DNA of 63,498 bases, filler included, from Octopus bimaculoides (taxonomy: Eukaryota): the NCBI RefSeq assembly GCF_001194135.2. It is 4 parts of 4 records of this genome, joined end to end, with 100 filler letters (N's around TTAATTAATTAA, not from the genome) between each part and the next. Parts side by side here need not be neighbours in the genome. Positions count along the whole stretch, not along the records: positions 50,679 to 63,498 come from NC_068985.1; 3 more parts are not named here. The stretch is one strand, 5' to 3'. Numbering within the stretch: position 1 is the first letter of the stretch; each line of letters starts with the position of its first letter. The translations under genes and the position numbers were made by a program. The notes beneath the pieces were generated by a model, which was not told the DNA's origin, ran no database searches, and saw only the letters and a program-made list of their open reading frames with translations. Positions 63,468-63,498 of this stretch are shown here, piece by piece.

Positions 63468-63498
<31 letters not shown>

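Noticed and set aside
1-63498. Numerous YIYI/THTH/CVCV/IIII/XXXX ORFs in the track
   Set aside because: Translations of (AT)n, (AC)n, (TACA)n, (TAA)n repeats or N gaps

Overview
AT-rich, repeat-dense animal genomic DNA from a gapped short-read scaffold. The SINE repertoire, microsatellite load and Dscam exon suggest a coleoid cephalopod, probably Octopus (inference, not database-checked). Only one host coding exon is supportable: a 330-nt phase-1/phase-1 exon (57635-57964, +) encoding Ig domain 1 of a Dscam-family receptor. The rest is intron/intergenic sequence with at least 4 tRNA-derived SINE families, decayed non-LTR retrotransposons (RTE, R4/Dong-like, L1/Tx1-like, Penelope-like), DNA transposon relics (Chapaev-like with TIRs and TSD, mariner/Tc1, MITEs) and microsatellites. 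Most ORFs in the supplied track are microsatellite or N-gap artefacts. No CRISPR, rRNA or intact tRNA was found. Best leads: an RTE copy with twin-priming-like 5'-inversion geometry, minimal hammerhead-ribozyme motifs in a dispersed repeat, a pri-miRNA-like stem-loop downstream of the Dscam exon, other long hairpins, and inverted repeats around the Dscam exon. I cannot claim a new biological system from sequence alone. Repeat boundaries are approximate (about +/-10-20 nt) unless TIR/TSD coordinates are given; all alignments were done by eye.
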